A DNA stretch of 64,000 bases, from positions 112,559-176,558 of IMG/VR virus record IMGVR_UViG_3300036770_005754, one strand, 5' to 3'. This document shows positions 49,042-59,372 of this stretch, piece after piece. The position numbers were made by a program, and so were the translations under genes. Positions within the stretch are counted from its first letter, which is position 1; every line of letters begins with the position of its first letter. Under the pieces are notes generated by a model. The model searched no databases. It was not told the origin of the DNA and was given only the letters and a program-made list of their open reading frames with translations. The DNA is from a virus.

Positions 49042-49167
49042 CAATGACCTTTCGGACACATCGCCGCTGGTCAGCCCTACGACGCACATGTGACTAAATG
49101 GAAATTAGAACCACCATGGCTCTTCAAGACTATTTCACCATCTACATCCTATTTCGGGTAATAATAA

Positions 49168-50880
49168 ATGTTTTTCAATTTAGAAGCAATCAAACATCAC
49201 TTTCCTAAAGAAGAATTTCGAGAAGGTCAACTAGAAGCCATAGAATTCGCTCTCAATGCATTCAACTCTGGGAAAAAGATCGTAATCCTAGAATGCCCGA
49301 CAGGTAGTGGTAAATCAGCAATCGGCATGACCGTTGCGAATATGGTCAAAACATCATATTATCTGACTATCACCAAAATACTACAGGACCAACTTGTCGA
49401 CGATTTCGGAGACAAAATCGTCGAACTCAAAGGCAGAAACTCATACCCATGCACATTTTACGACAGGCATGGTCAAAAATTGGTCGATAGAAAATTGTGG
49501 TCAAGAGATGAACTCGAAAGAATGCGTATAGAAAACGCAAATTGCACAAATGGATTTTGCAGAACAAAATGGAATCAACATGGTAAATTCAAATGCGATA
49601 AATGCTTCTTGAAAACGGGCGTTGATGGGAAATCGAAAGGAGATCTTGACACACTACCAATAGGTATGACATATAGCGCATGCCCATATTATGAACAAGT
49701 CTACAAAGCAGTTAAAGCCAGCAAAGTGGTTATGAACTTCTCTAGCTTTCTATTCCAAACCCAGATGACAAAGAGATTCGAAGACCCCAGAGACCTGATG
49801 ATCATAGATGAATGTCATAATATTGAACCACAATTATTAGATTTCATATCTTTCTCGATCTCTGACCAATATTTAAAAGACCATGGGGTATTGATACCTA
49901 ATTTAGGTTGTGCTAGGGAATATAAGCGATGGATGAAAGAAAATAAAGTAGTTGAAATCCTGTTCAATACTATCAAAGAAGCTAAAGAAAATGGGAATGC
50001 TAGAACCGAGGACGAACTTACCAAAACTCTGAAAAGATACCAAATGTTTTCAGAGAACGTCGATCTAGCCGATTCAGAATGGATATCAGAATACGAACTC
50101 AAAAACAACAAAGGAAACCATTATAATAGGGTGACCTTTAAACCAGTAATGGTTAAACAATTCGTTAATAATCTGTTGTTCAAGCATGCTCCAATGATCC
50201 TAATGATGAGTGCTACCGTCCTCGATGTTAATGTTATGTGTAGATCACTAGGTATCGACAGAGAACACGTCGCAGCATATAGAGTCAAAAACAGATTCCC
50301 AAAAAAGAATCGTCCGATATACATAAAGCCAGTAGCCAAGATGACAGGAGGAGCATCTAAAATGGGCGAATGGGCCCCGTTATTGATCAAAGAGGTAGAC
50401 AGATTAGTCGACAAACATAGCGGTGTTAAAGGTATCATTCATACTCATAACTTCGCCATCATGGACCAACTATTGAATAAATGTTCAAGAGGTACGAAGA
50501 AGAGATTCATCAATCAGCGTGATTTTAAAGACAAGAGCCAGATGTTAGAGCATCACGCGAACAGCACAGACACAGTTATAGTCGCACCGGCAATGCACGA
50601 AGGCATTAACCTCATAGGTGATCTTAGCAGATTCCAAATAATATGTAAGGTCCCATATCCAAATTGTTTCGATGATAAACAACTTGCAAGACGTGTTGAA
50701 ATAGACCGATCATATTATACATGGTTGACCGCTCTGAAATTAGTACAATCATACGGCAGATCAATAAGAAGCCCAACTGACCATGCTGTTACATATATTT
50801 TAGATAAATCCATTGAAAGATTCATGTCAGACTCAAGTTCAATGTTGCCAGATTGGTTCAAAGAAGCTATCCAGAGGTGA
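49168..50880 (+). CDS. DinG/Rad3-like SF2 helicase
   Basis: R..Q motif, PTGSGKS, LQDQ, KGR.SY.C, CPYY, IIDECH, MSAT, EGI, KVPYP, Q..GR.IR...D. Confidence 0.92.
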   Translation: MFFNLEAIKHHFPKEEFREGQLEAIEFALNAFNSGKKIVILECPTGSGKSAIGMTVANMVKTSYYLTITKILQDQLVDDFGDKIVELKGRNSYPCTFYDRHGQKLVDRKLWSRDELERMRIENANCTNGFCRTKWNQHGKFKCDKCFLKTGVDGKSKGDLDTLPIGMTYSACPYYEQVYKAVKASKVVMNFSSFLFQTQMTKRFEDPRDLMIIDECHNIEPQLLDFISFSISDQYLKDHGVLIPNLGCAREYKRWMKENKVVEILFNTIKEAKENGNARTEDELTKTLKRYQMFSENVDLADSEWISEYELKNNKGNHYNRVTFKPVMVKQFVNNLLFKHAPMILMMSATVLDVNVMCRSLGIDREHVAAYRVKNRFPKKNRPIYIKPVAKMTGGASKMGEWAPLLIKEVDRLVDKHSGVKGIIHTHNFAIMDQLLNKCSRGTKKRFINQRDFKDKSQMLEHHANSTDTVIVAPAMHEGINLIGDLSRFQIICKVPYPNCFDDKQLARRVEIDRSYYTWLTALKLVQSYGRSIRSPTDHAVTYILDKSIERFMSDSSSMLPDWFKEAIQR

Positions 50881-50883
50881 TCA

Positions 50884-52716
50884 GTGTTAGAGCTAAAATC
50901 GATTGAGTGGAAGAATTTCATGTCGTATGGCGATTACGACAATTACTTAGAACTCGATAATCTTGGACAGTGTTTAATCACTGGGGAAGTCACAGGTGAT
51001 GAAAAGTCTGCATTTGACGAGAGTGGATCATCTGTTATTAAGAAATCCAATGGTGCTGGGAAATCGACGATACCAAACGTGATCCTATGGGCACTTTTTG
51101 GCAGGACGATGCATTCAGCAAACCCTGGCGACAAAGTAATAAATTGGTTTACTGGTAAAGACTGCGTCGCTAAATTAACATTTAAAAATGGCGATCATAT
51201 CATAAGAACCAGAAATGCCGAAGGATTAAATGAGCTATCATTCATTAAGGATGGTGAAGAATTCTCTTCTAGTGTATTGTCGACATCCAAGAACCAACAA
51301 GCAGAGCTGAATAAAGCATTTAATCTCGATTGGGAACTATTATGTGGCTCAATGTTCTTTAATCAATATAGCAAACCATGGATGGAAATGGCTGACCAAA
51401 CAAGAAAGAAAGCAATAGAGCGAGTTCTACATGTAGACAGATTTGAATATCGTTCGAAAGTCGCGAAAGCCAAATGTGATAAATTAGACTCAGAAGTTAA
51501 AAAATTACGTAATAAGATCGAAGAATATAATAGAAATAAATTACGACTGGCCAATGAGATAACAAGAATAACTGAGGCAAGAGACAGATTCGACACCAAC
51601 AGACAAGAGCGCGTTGCTACTATTATAGATTCAGCAAATGCTGCTTTAGCCAAACGCGACCTGATAGCATTACCAGACCTTGAAAAACTACAATCCAAAT
51701 GGGATGTGATATATAAAATCAAGAAGAAAATAGAAGACATGCAAACTACGGCGAACACCAGTTCAACCAAAATAGCCACTATAGAGGGAACAATATCATC
51801 GATTAGACAGAGAATAAAGGCTTGGAAAGATAAGTCGGGCAAATCATGTGGCTTGTGTGAACAATCTGTCCCAGCAACACATACAGCAGCTAAAATAGAG
51901 CCACTACAAGCCGAACTTGACAAGAAATTGGCTGAGATGGCGGAAGAGCGAGACATACTTGATTCGAGCTTAGAGAAGATAAGTTCTGCTAAGAAGTTAC
52001 TAACAGACAAAACGCCAGAATTGACAATATCAAATGCCAGAGATATCTATAAACAATGGGAAATGTACGATAATGAATATAAAAGATTATTGAAATCAGC
52101 CGACCGAGTTGCGGTAGAAACCAACCCTCATGAGGACACTTTGGCTGAAACAATTGAACTAAGCGAAAAGTGCGACGAGGACGTCAAAAAAGCCGAAGGT
52201 GAGATAGAGAGGGTCGAATATCTTAATAGACACTTCAATTATATTTATAAAGCTTGGAATGATAGGACGAAAATTAAGAGTTTCGTTTTCCACGAGCATA
52301 TACCATATATCAACCGTAGGTTAAAACATTATCTTGATGTTTTCGGCCTTGATATCCAAGTTGAACTAACACCGGCTTTGGGCATAACTAGCAATATGTG
52401 GGGATATGAATTTGAATCTGGTGGTGAGCGGAAACGGACCGATGTAGCATTCATGCTGGCTATGTTCAATTTCCATGAACAGATGTACGGTAGGCAGTCT
52501 AATGTACTAGTTTTAGACGAAGTCGACGGGCGATTAGATGACGACGGCATTGACTCCCTTATAAATGTTATAAAGAACGATTTAGCAGATAAGGTGGAGA
52601 CTGTCATGGTTATCTCTCATAGAGACATGATGCATGATACTTTCCCAAGAGAATTGTGCATTAGACGTGCTGGTGATGGCGATTTTCGCGGCTTCTCGAA
52701 GATCGAGTTAATTTGA
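50884..52716 (+). CDS. sbcC: Rad50/SbcC-like ATPase (gp46-like)
   Basis: KNFMSYG, NGAGKS, zinc hook CGLC, SGGE, LDEVDG.LD, ISH. Confidence 0.93.
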   Translation: MLELKSIEWKNFMSYGDYDNYLELDNLGQCLITGEVTGDEKSAFDESGSSVIKKSNGAGKSTIPNVILWALFGRTMHSANPGDKVINWFTGKDCVAKLTFKNGDHIIRTRNAEGLNELSFIKDGEEFSSSVLSTSKNQQAELNKAFNLDWELLCGSMFFNQYSKPWMEMADQTRKKAIERVLHVDRFEYRSKVAKAKCDKLDSEVKKLRNKIEEYNRNKLRLANEITRITEARDRFDTNRQERVATIIDSANAALAKRDLIALPDLEKLQSKWDVIYKIKKKIEDMQTTANTSSTKIATIEGTISSIRQRIKAWKDKSGKSCGLCEQSVPATHTAAKIEPLQAELDKKLAEMAEERDILDSSLEKISSAKKLLTDKTPELTISNARDIYKQWEMYDNEYKRLLKSADRVAVETNPHEDTLAETIELSEKCDEDVKKAEGEIERVEYLNRHFNYIYKAWNDRTKIKSFVFHEHIPYINRRLKHYLDVFGLDIQVELTPALGITSNMWGYEFESGGERKRTDVAFMLAMFNFHEQMYGRQSNVLVLDEVDGRLDDDGIDSLINVIKNDLADKVETVMVISHRDMMHDTFPRELCIRRAGDGDFRGFSKIELI

Positions 52717-52725
52717 GGAATACCA

Positions 52726-52926
52726 ATGGATTCAGAATCTGTCGCTACGCTTGAGTTACAACAGGATTTGTTGAAATATCGAATTTTATGCGGGAAGCTT
52801 CAAGCAACTGTTTATCGTTTGGAACGAGAGCGAGATGGGCTTCAAAAAGCCTACGACCTATTACAAATAAAATCTGGGAGGCGAGAAAGAGAATTATTAC
52901 GGCGATTGTGGAGATTACAAAAATAG
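52726..52926 (+). CDS. Hypothetical coiled-coil protein
   Basis: GAGG RBS, 66 aa. Confidence 0.6.
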   Translation: MDSESVATLELQQDLLKYRILCGKLQATVYRLERERDGLQKAYDLLQIKSGRRERELLRRLWRLQK

Positions 52927-52930
52927 CGAA

Positions 52931-53107
52931 ATGTTATATCGAACATCACAACGAGCGATACTTTTTTGCGACGATTCGACGCATAAGTTCGCGGGCAAAA
53001 TTGCTCCGCTTGAAGAGATTAACTGGCAATATCCTTCAATTGCCTGTTGTATTCGAAAAATTCGAAGACCAAGAACCGTAGCACCAACCATTGGGTATAA
53101 TACATGA
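52931..53107 (+). CDS. Possible 58-aa hypothetical protein
   Basis: MLYRTSQRAILFCDD...; fills the gap and has an ATGA overlap with the next gene. Confidence 0.35.
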   Translation: MLYRTSQRAILFCDDSTHKFAGKIAPLEEINWQYPSIACCIRKIRRPRTVAPTIGYNT

Positions 53108-53307
53108 TTACGCATCGTCATATCAAATCTGCTCGCAAGACACGCAACTGCACTCGGTGCGGTCAGCAAATAGACAAAGGACAACCCTGTGATGTGCAAG
53201 CACATACGTGGGGGCAGAAAATTCTGACAGAACATCATTACCACGCTGAATGTTGGGAAGTAGTGATGGCACTCGAGCTTAATAAACAAGATATTCGACC
53301 ACGATGA
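53104..53307 (+). CDS. Small zinc-finger protein
   Basis: ARK.R.C..CG..I.KG...H.EC. Confidence 0.7.
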   Translation: MITHRHIKSARKTRNCTRCGQQIDKGQPCDVQAHTWGQKILTEHHYHAECWEVVMALELNKQDIRPR

Positions 53308-53343
53308 TTACGACCATACATCGCGTTCCTCGGAAACTATGTT

Positions 53344-53568
53344 ATGCCAGTATTCGACCGCACAGGTCAAAAATTCGATGTAAGCGACCGTGTGTGGCTA
53401 CACAACCGAAAGTATGTTGTTATAGCTGTAAACAGTGAATTAAACTTAGTCGAAATACTCGGCACTGATGGCCAGATATGTTGTCTAAACGCAAAGCATT
53501 GTGTCGTGATACGTGAAGAACGACTACAATTAGATCATGGACAGTATAATGATCACAAAATTAGGTAA
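53344..53568 (+). CDS. Hypothetical protein
   Basis: 74-aa ORF. Confidence 0.6.
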   Translation: MPVFDRTGQKFDVSDRVWLHNRKYVVIAVNSELNLVEILGTDGQICCLNAKHCVVIREERLQLDHGQYNDHKIR

Positions 53569-54793
53569 TATACTCAAACCATCCTATGTTAGCTAATATA
53601 TCAACATTATCAGAATTAGACAGCATGACAAGGCTAACTGTATCGCTAGTTCCGTTTATGAATTTACCAATCTGATATTTGAAATCTGAAACATTTGCAA
53701 TGTTGATCGAACCTTGCTTAGGGACATACCCAGATAATATATCAACCCCACCCGATATAGATGTCGCTAACGTATTGTATTGTACGACATTGTTAGAATG
53801 ATTATTCCACGAATTATTGTCTAACGTGCCATTTACAACCAATTTATACAATGCTATCTGATTTGACAGCACGTCTATGCTCAATGAACTCGGAACGACT
53901 ATTGAACTGATCTTTGTAGATGATAATCTCAGTGAGATTATTGGATATGCTACATTTTTGTCAGCTAATTTTTTCGAAGTAGTTCCTAAACCGATATTGA
54001 ACGATTTCGGTATCCCCTCGAACCCTGCTTCTGAAACAACACTGTTGCATATTTGCTTTAACGTATTTGGCATGCTCGTCTGCCCCAGATTCGTTATTTC
54101 GGCCCTAAGTGGCAGACATGCCGTTGTCATGTATGTTCCTGTGATTGGGCTGGATGACTCAGCGGTGTGCTTAAATGTATGACAATGGATATATTTCCCA
54201 CCAAGTATAAATCCAATTCTCACATCCCCGACTCCTAGCCATTCGATATCTATCCACAATATTAGTGAATAATTGAATTTACCACTCATGTCTATGCCAC
54301 TTGGGCCGCTTCCGTCAAGTTTATCGATGTTCCAGTTAGACCTTTGTACTCTTGTTTCGTTTACGCTACCAGATGTTGATGATCTTAATACAAAATTGAT
54401 GGTCAATCCATCTTGTTCTATGAAGACGCCGTTATCAGAGTCGAAGTAACCTATTCGTTGTCGTAAATTGGTTTGTGGCGGCGCTAATGTAAATGTTGAT
54501 AATATCAATAGCGACTTGCCAGGCTGATAAGCCATTATACGTTTTGTCTGTCTTATGACCTGTGATCCTGTTTCGGTCGTAACGTTCATGTTAATTAGAC
54601 TACTATTTGAGTCATGTGATATAGAACCTCCGGCGGCTACTGCTGTGTCCCATTTACCGTTGTCTTGGTATCTAAATTGACTGTCGAATATCGTATACGG
54701 TGAGCTGACTCTGAATCTACCGAATGCGTCAATAGATCCCGGCGGGAATTCTGATATTATTGAATTACGTACGTAGCTCATACTATGTGCCAC
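53561..54793 (-). CDS. Putative virion structural (beta-sandwich) protein
   Basis: DAFGR.RVS.P.T.FDS, RQT....YQPGKS, WLGVG.VR.G motifs of a family common in large phages. Confidence 0.7.
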   Translation of the reverse strand: MAHSMSYVRNSIISEFPPGSIDAFGRFRVSSPYTIFDSQFRYQDNGKWDTAVAAGGSISHDSNSSLINMNVTTETGSQVIRQTKRIMAYQPGKSLLILSTFTLAPPQTNLRQRIGYFDSDNGVFIEQDGLTINFVLRSSTSGSVNETRVQRSNWNIDKLDGSGPSGIDMSGKFNYSLILWIDIEWLGVGDVRIGFILGGKYIHCHTFKHTAESSSPITGTYMTTACLPLRAEITNLGQTSMPNTLKQICNSVVSEAGFEGIPKSFNIGLGTTSKKLADKNVAYPIISLRLSSTKISSIVVPSSLSIDVLSNQIALYKLVVNGTLDNNSWNNHSNNVVQYNTLATSISGGVDILSGYVPKQGSINIANVSDFKYQIGKFINGTSDTVSLVMLSNSDNVDILANIGWFEYIT

Positions 54794-55233
54794 TCCTCTC
54801 CATCGTATATCATTGAGAAAGCTTCTCTTGCATAGATCATTTTGTTGCTTTCGCCGTCTACTACGTTTGATATTTTGACTAGTTTATTGTCAGTAGCATT
54901 TTTTACTGTACATCTGTAGCTTTTTGGTGGGTTCGGCGGTAGGTGTACGGTCACTGAATTTTTGCATATTACGGTTGTTCGACGTTTGCTTGTTATAGTA
55001 TAATCATTGTGTGTTATTACAACATCTTCCTTGATGTTAGAACCTGCCAGCCAATCTATAAATTCTTGGATCTTTGGGCCGATTTCTATTTCTAGTACCT
55101 TAGATAGTTTATTGTCAGGAATGTCTATTTCGTATGAATTATTAGACAGTATTGGCCTGAATTCTTGGATTGTGTCATCAGAGTACGACACTCTTACCAC
55201 AAGCGCATGCAATATTATGTCATTTACGTTCAT
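54778..55233 (-). CDS. Hypothetical protein with fibre-like C-terminal module
   Basis: VTV.LP......K.......DG.....YDG.EW. Confidence 0.65.
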   Translation of the reverse strand: MNVNDIILHALVVRVSYSDDTIQEFRPILSNNSYEIDIPDNKLSKVLEIEIGPKIQEFIDWLAGSNIKEDVVITHNDYTITSKRRTTVICKNSVTVHLPPNPPKSYRCTVKNATDNKLVKISNVVDGESNKMIYAREAFSMIYDGEEWHIV

Positions 55234-55242
55234 AGCCTCCTC

Positions 55243-55273
55243 CTCCAGTATTTTTGCGAGCTGATAGCTGGAG
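55243..55273 (-). promoter_or_regulatory. Hairpin over the SD region with candidate late promoter in the loop
   Basis: Minus strand: CTCCAG-CTATCAGCTCGCAAAAATA-CTGGAG-GAGGAGGCTATG. Confidence 0.45.
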
Positions 55274-55290
55274 TTTGAGACAACTAATGT

Positions 55291-55515
55291 TTATTGTGCA
55301 TCGCCGAGCGTGGTTGAGCGCCTATCAACATGGCGTGTGGTTTCGGCTCTTTCTGTTTCGATGTTTTCGTTGAGCCTGTTTCGCAACATCACGAGCAGAG
55401 ACGTTTCTGCCTGTTCTTCCGTCAGTAGCGCACGCAACATGTCGCTACCGCGCCGATTGAGGGTATCGACGACTGATCCCTGGCGTTTTCTCTCAGCAGC
55501 AGTTTTTCTTCGCAT
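55291..55515 (-). CDS. Hypothetical protein
   Basis: 74-aa ORF, GC-richer than flanks. Confidence 0.55.
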   Translation of the reverse strand: MRRKTAAERKRQGSVVDTLNRRGSDMLRALLTEEQAETSLLVMLRNRLNENIETERAETTRHVDRRSTTLGDAQ

Positions 55516-55546
55516 ATATGACCTTAGAGTCGGTAGGTTAAATCAT

Positions 55547-56734
55547 TCAAGAGAAATCGTCATCTTCGTCATCTGTGTTTTCGACATTTGCGTATTTTTC
55601 GACGTGCTTTTTAGCATATCTTTCGCCTAATACTGATTGCATGAGCCATTCGATTATATATCCAGTTATTTTTCGATAGTCTCGTATTGGACAATTAACA
55701 ACAATTGTGTTTTCATATTCATCCGTTAAATATAAATCCCCATCTTCTATAGCCCCAACAATGGTGCTGTTTGCTTTTTCTTGTTTGATTAATGGTATGT
55801 TTTCACCATCGACTGAGAATTCTGGTTTTGGACCGCCCAAGTGAAACCATCGGACAAGTCCGTCACCAAATATATTGCCTTGCAATCTATGTAGATTTTG
55901 AGATTCAATAGGTCCCTTTGTCCAGCCGCCGGTCGCCCGCCTCGGTTCATAGAAAGTTCCGTGTATGCTGACCTCGATGGTCTTTTCATCCGCTATGGCT
56001 CTAAAGTTACCATACCTAATGGCCGCACGACGTAAAGATGTGGCCAGCAATTTTGTGTCTGGTACTCTTGAGCGTTCCATTCCGATGAAAGAACTGTTTC
56101 TTATAGCTTGTCTAACTTGTCCGGATGCATACTTTGCTAATTGAGCAGGATTTGCGTTATCGCGATAGTTCAGTGCTTCTGATAGCCACGCTCGTTCGTC
56201 CAGAAATTCTATAATTTCACCGTCATGATGCAGCATATTCATCAGCCGATCTACTGCGATGATCTTATCATGAAGTGTGTTCGAGTCTGCAGCTTTCACT
56301 ATTTCGGTCGCAATGCCTCTCCAAGTGTCTTCAGCAAAGTGCCCGTCGATTTTGTTCTCAGTTATGTATAGAAGAAGTTTTATTCTTTCATACAATGGTA
56401 CTCTTTTTACAATGACTGATTGTTCTTCCTCTATATCTTGACCTGGCAGTGTATCTGAATTATTTAAATAGACATCATCCAATTGTTGTAGTATCGGTAA
56501 CCATACTCTAGCAAGATTTTTATCGCTAATCGACTCTATGTTCGAAAATCTCAAAACGCAAATACTTGATAGTTGGTTTAAAAGATCTTCCCAAACATAG
56601 TTAACATAGAATCGTGTAAGTCTTTTGATATCTTGATCATTGTTGTTGCTAAGATCAGAGCTGGCATATAATAACGAATACAAATCAAAGAAATCTCGAC
56701 GACTGAACGCTTCATTAATACTTGATAATCTCAT
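55547..56734 (-). CDS. Hypothetical protein, possibly a head/internal protein
   Basis: 395 aa; MRLSSINEA start. Confidence 0.75.
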   Translation of the reverse strand: MRLSSINEAFSRRDFFDLYSLLYASSDLSNNNDQDIKRLTRFYVNYVWEDLLNQLSSICVLRFSNIESISDKNLARVWLPILQQLDDVYLNNSDTLPGQDIEEEQSVIVKRVPLYERIKLLLYITENKIDGHFAEDTWRGIATEIVKAADSNTLHDKIIAVDRLMNMLHHDGEIIEFLDERAWLSEALNYRDNANPAQLAKYASGQVRQAIRNSSFIGMERSRVPDTKLLATSLRRAAIRYGNFRAIADEKTIEVSIHGTFYEPRRATGGWTKGPIESQNLHRLQGNIFGDGLVRWFHLGGPKPEFSVDGENIPLIKQEKANSTIVGAIEDGDLYLTDEYENTIVVNCPIRDYRKITGYIIEWLMQSVLGERYAKKHVEKYANVENTDDEDDDFS

Positions 56735-56785
56735 TACATAGCCTTACTTGTAAGCTATAGGATGATATATTTTCTGGAAGATCAG

Positions 56786-57172
56786 TTATCTCTCAATTTC
56801 CACGTACTCGAATTCTATGCGATTGACAAGCGTGTCTATGCCGAACGGTAGTTCCATATGATCACTGAGCATATCGACGAATTGGTCACCAGTCCAACCT
56901 TTGAATCCTTCCTTTGTCGCCTCGGCGGCACCATACGCTTCATCTTTGAGTATACGAGACAGTGGTTCTATTCTTGTCCTAATAATTCGGATTTGAGCCA
57001 GCCGTTGAATTTTCTCACCCTTACGTAATCCCGTGCATTTTACGCAGGCATTCAAGATATCGCCTGGTCGTAAGAAACCCCATCCGATGCGGCGTGTTAC
57101 AGTCTTCGTTTTGTCGCGAATTTGATTAGCCGACATAGCGAATTGCATATTACGTGGCATTGCCGTATCCAT
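56786..57172 (-). CDS. ASCH/PUA-like domain protein
   Basis: I....KTVTRR.GW..L.PGD, A..EGF, V.RIEF.Y. Confidence 0.8.
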   Translation of the reverse strand: MDTAMPRNMQFAMSANQIRDKTKTVTRRIGWGFLRPGDILNACVKCTGLRKGEKIQRLAQIRIIRTRIEPLSRILKDEAYGAAEATKEGFKGWTGDQFVDMLSDHMELPFGIDTLVNRIEFEYVEIER

Positions 57173-57206
57173 CGAGATGGGGGGTGTTTGCTTTCTGTGT
57201 GTTCAA

Positions 57207-58517
57207 CTATTTGGCACTTGGTACCATCCCACAAGCAAGCATGTTTATCTTGATGGTCTCTTTGTGATTTTTGACAGCTCGCGGTGTTATCCCCATGAAT
57301 TGTGCTATGTGGTTAATGCAAGCTTTGTTGTCTCCGTATTGGTCACTAAATCCTCTATATGAATCGCCTCTACATGACCAGATATCAAAAATCTTCCGGC
57401 ATTCTTCATTCGGCAATGATCTTCTGACTGCTGTTATGGCGTCCTCTGCCTCAATCATTGCTGTGTGGTCCTCTCGCATTGTATCTCTCCTATCGTCAGT
57501 TATGTCAGAGATTTCGAATTGGTCGTTTTCATTATCAGATCCCGAATGACTCCCATTTTCAGTCATTATAACGTGTTCTGGTTTGATGACATCCGCTGTT
57601 ATGTAAGGTGCTGCGGTGTTCACTAGGACTTTGATATTGTCTTCGTCAAATTCTACTACTACGCCATTAGCTTTGGCTTTTTCCAATATTGCTATGAATT
57701 CTGACGTTACCTCAGGAGGCGTCCTATTCGTACCTATCCTGATATGATATTTTCCTAGTTCCGGTTGCGTTTTATTACAGTAGTTGTAGCTTAGCTTATA
57801 TGAGTCGCAAACGGATATTATCTCTTGTACTATTATTCTGTCTGCTCTGTCTGAGATCGTTTGTGGTTTTTTCTTGTGTTCTACTCGACCGTTTTCTTTT
57901 AAGATCTGTCTGAAGTAGTTCCACACGAACTCAGTGAAAAATTTTACTAGCTGTCTGTCGTCTGTTAGGACTGCATCTGGATTATTGTATGCTCTTTCCC
58001 CCGCTATTGGCGTTATTGGGGTCGTACATTTTGGAGATGCTTGCCTCTCTGTAAAATCCTTGTATGAATCTTGAAAAATCTGATTATCGACATATTGGCC
58101 TTTTGAGAATTTAGTATCACCTGGGTCTATGATTAGGACTTGGTTGCAGTTTGGACAGACCGGGTATTGTCTGTCCATCATGATTTGGCGACCTTTTCTT
58201 GTGTCGTATGAGCTGGCATCGCATGCTATACACTTGAATGTGTATTTTCGATGATAGAGGAGACTTACTGTGGCTCTCCAGATAGCTATGTTGAATTCTT
58301 CTTCTGCGATGCTCCTATCGTCTCTGTAGTCTGCGCTTATTGTATTTCCAAGTTCCGTAACGAATTTGTTCTTGTGTCTTTTAATTTCCGAGTTATCTGA
58401 TACTTTTACCATTACGTCGGAGACTCGTTCTCTTTCGGATTCTGTTAGGTTGGCCATTGTGACATTTGCGAGTGATCCTCTTAACAGTAATTCTGGCATC
58501 TGGCGAACGATCGGCAT
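57207..58517 (-). CDS. Sigma-70-like transcription factor with Cys-rich insertions
   Basis: Region-2-like E..IAIWRA and F..FVWNYFR.I flank CIAC/CPNC; region-4 HTH IAQFMGITPRAVKNH. Confidence 0.6.
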   Translation of the reverse strand: MPIVRQMPELLLRGSLANVTMANLTESERERVSDVMVKVSDNSEIKRHKNKFVTELGNTISADYRDDRSIAEEEFNIAIWRATVSLLYHRKYTFKCIACDASSYDTRKGRQIMMDRQYPVCPNCNQVLIIDPGDTKFSKGQYVDNQIFQDSYKDFTERQASPKCTTPITPIAGERAYNNPDAVLTDDRQLVKFFTEFVWNYFRQILKENGRVEHKKKPQTISDRADRIIVQEIISVCDSYKLSYNYCNKTQPELGKYHIRIGTNRTPPEVTSEFIAILEKAKANGVVVEFDEDNIKVLVNTAAPYITADVIKPEHVIMTENGSHSGSDNENDQFEISDITDDRRDTMREDHTAMIEAEDAITAVRRSLPNEECRKIFDIWSCRGDSYRGFSDQYGDNKACINHIAQFMGITPRAVKNHKETIKINMLACGMVPSAK

Positions 58518-58622
58518 GAACTACTCCAATATCAATACTCAGGGAATTTCATGTTCATCATTGATCAATAATCCGTATTGATCATTTTCATTGGGTTCGA
58601 TTCTTGTCGCAGGAGGAAAACG

Positions 58623-59339
58623 ATGGCTAGGTATTGTGATTCTAAAGTTCTTGAGAAAAATTGGTTTCATTGGCTGTTGTCCTCATCAACCCCTGATCTT
58701 GAAAGATTCAGAGAATCTGGCGTACTATGGACAAAAGTAATTGATGAAACTAAAGGTAAAAAGAATTTACCAAATCCCATGAGCCCATTGAAGATGCACT
58801 GTGTAGCCACTGCGACACCAATCTATTTTAAAAGTGAGTGTGGTGCCATACAACCAAGCGATATGACGGCGGATCTAATATCATTCAATAATTTAAGCCT
58901 CCTTTCTGATTTCAAAGGGAATCATTCCACTCAAACTGGTACCACGATTTCTGAATTAATCGCTGAAAATTATATCCTTGAATTGCCGACAGAAAAAACG
59001 TGGCATGCTATGCTGAATGATGTCAACAAAATGTGCGACGGCATCGCCGCAAAGTTCAATCAACCAAATGAAGATGAGCACGCTGAACTAGCCAATGAAG
59101 CCCTTGTTCAAGTCGCCAAAAAACTGGCTGCAAAGAAACTGGTCTACACACCCGGAAGAGCACCTGTTTTCAATCTTTTAACGACAACAATCATACGATG
59201 CATGTACAGCATAATGAACAAAAGAACCAACCAACGCAAGGGGTTGCAAAAATACATGAACGAAATTTATCTTGGACAGCAATGGTCGCCCGAAGGAGAT
59301 CAAGCCAATTATCACAACCTACAAACCGTCGAGTATTAA
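58623..59339 (+). CDS. Late-transcription sigma factor (gp55-like)
   Basis: AGGAGG RBS; Y.D.K.L...W, M..GIA.KF, EL...A......L..Y......FN.LT..I......NK. Confidence 0.65.
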   Translation: MARYCDSKVLEKNWFHWLLSSSTPDLERFRESGVLWTKVIDETKGKKNLPNPMSPLKMHCVATATPIYFKSECGAIQPSDMTADLISFNNLSLLSDFKGNHSTQTGTTISELIAENYILELPTEKTWHAMLNDVNKMCDGIAAKFNQPNEDEHAELANEALVQVAKKLAAKKLVYTPGRAPVFNLLTTTIIRCMYSIMNKRTNQRKGLQKYMNEIYLGQQWSPEGDQANYHNLQTVEY

Positions 59340-59372
59340 ATCAGATGAAAAGCCTTCTGTCAATTCCATGAA

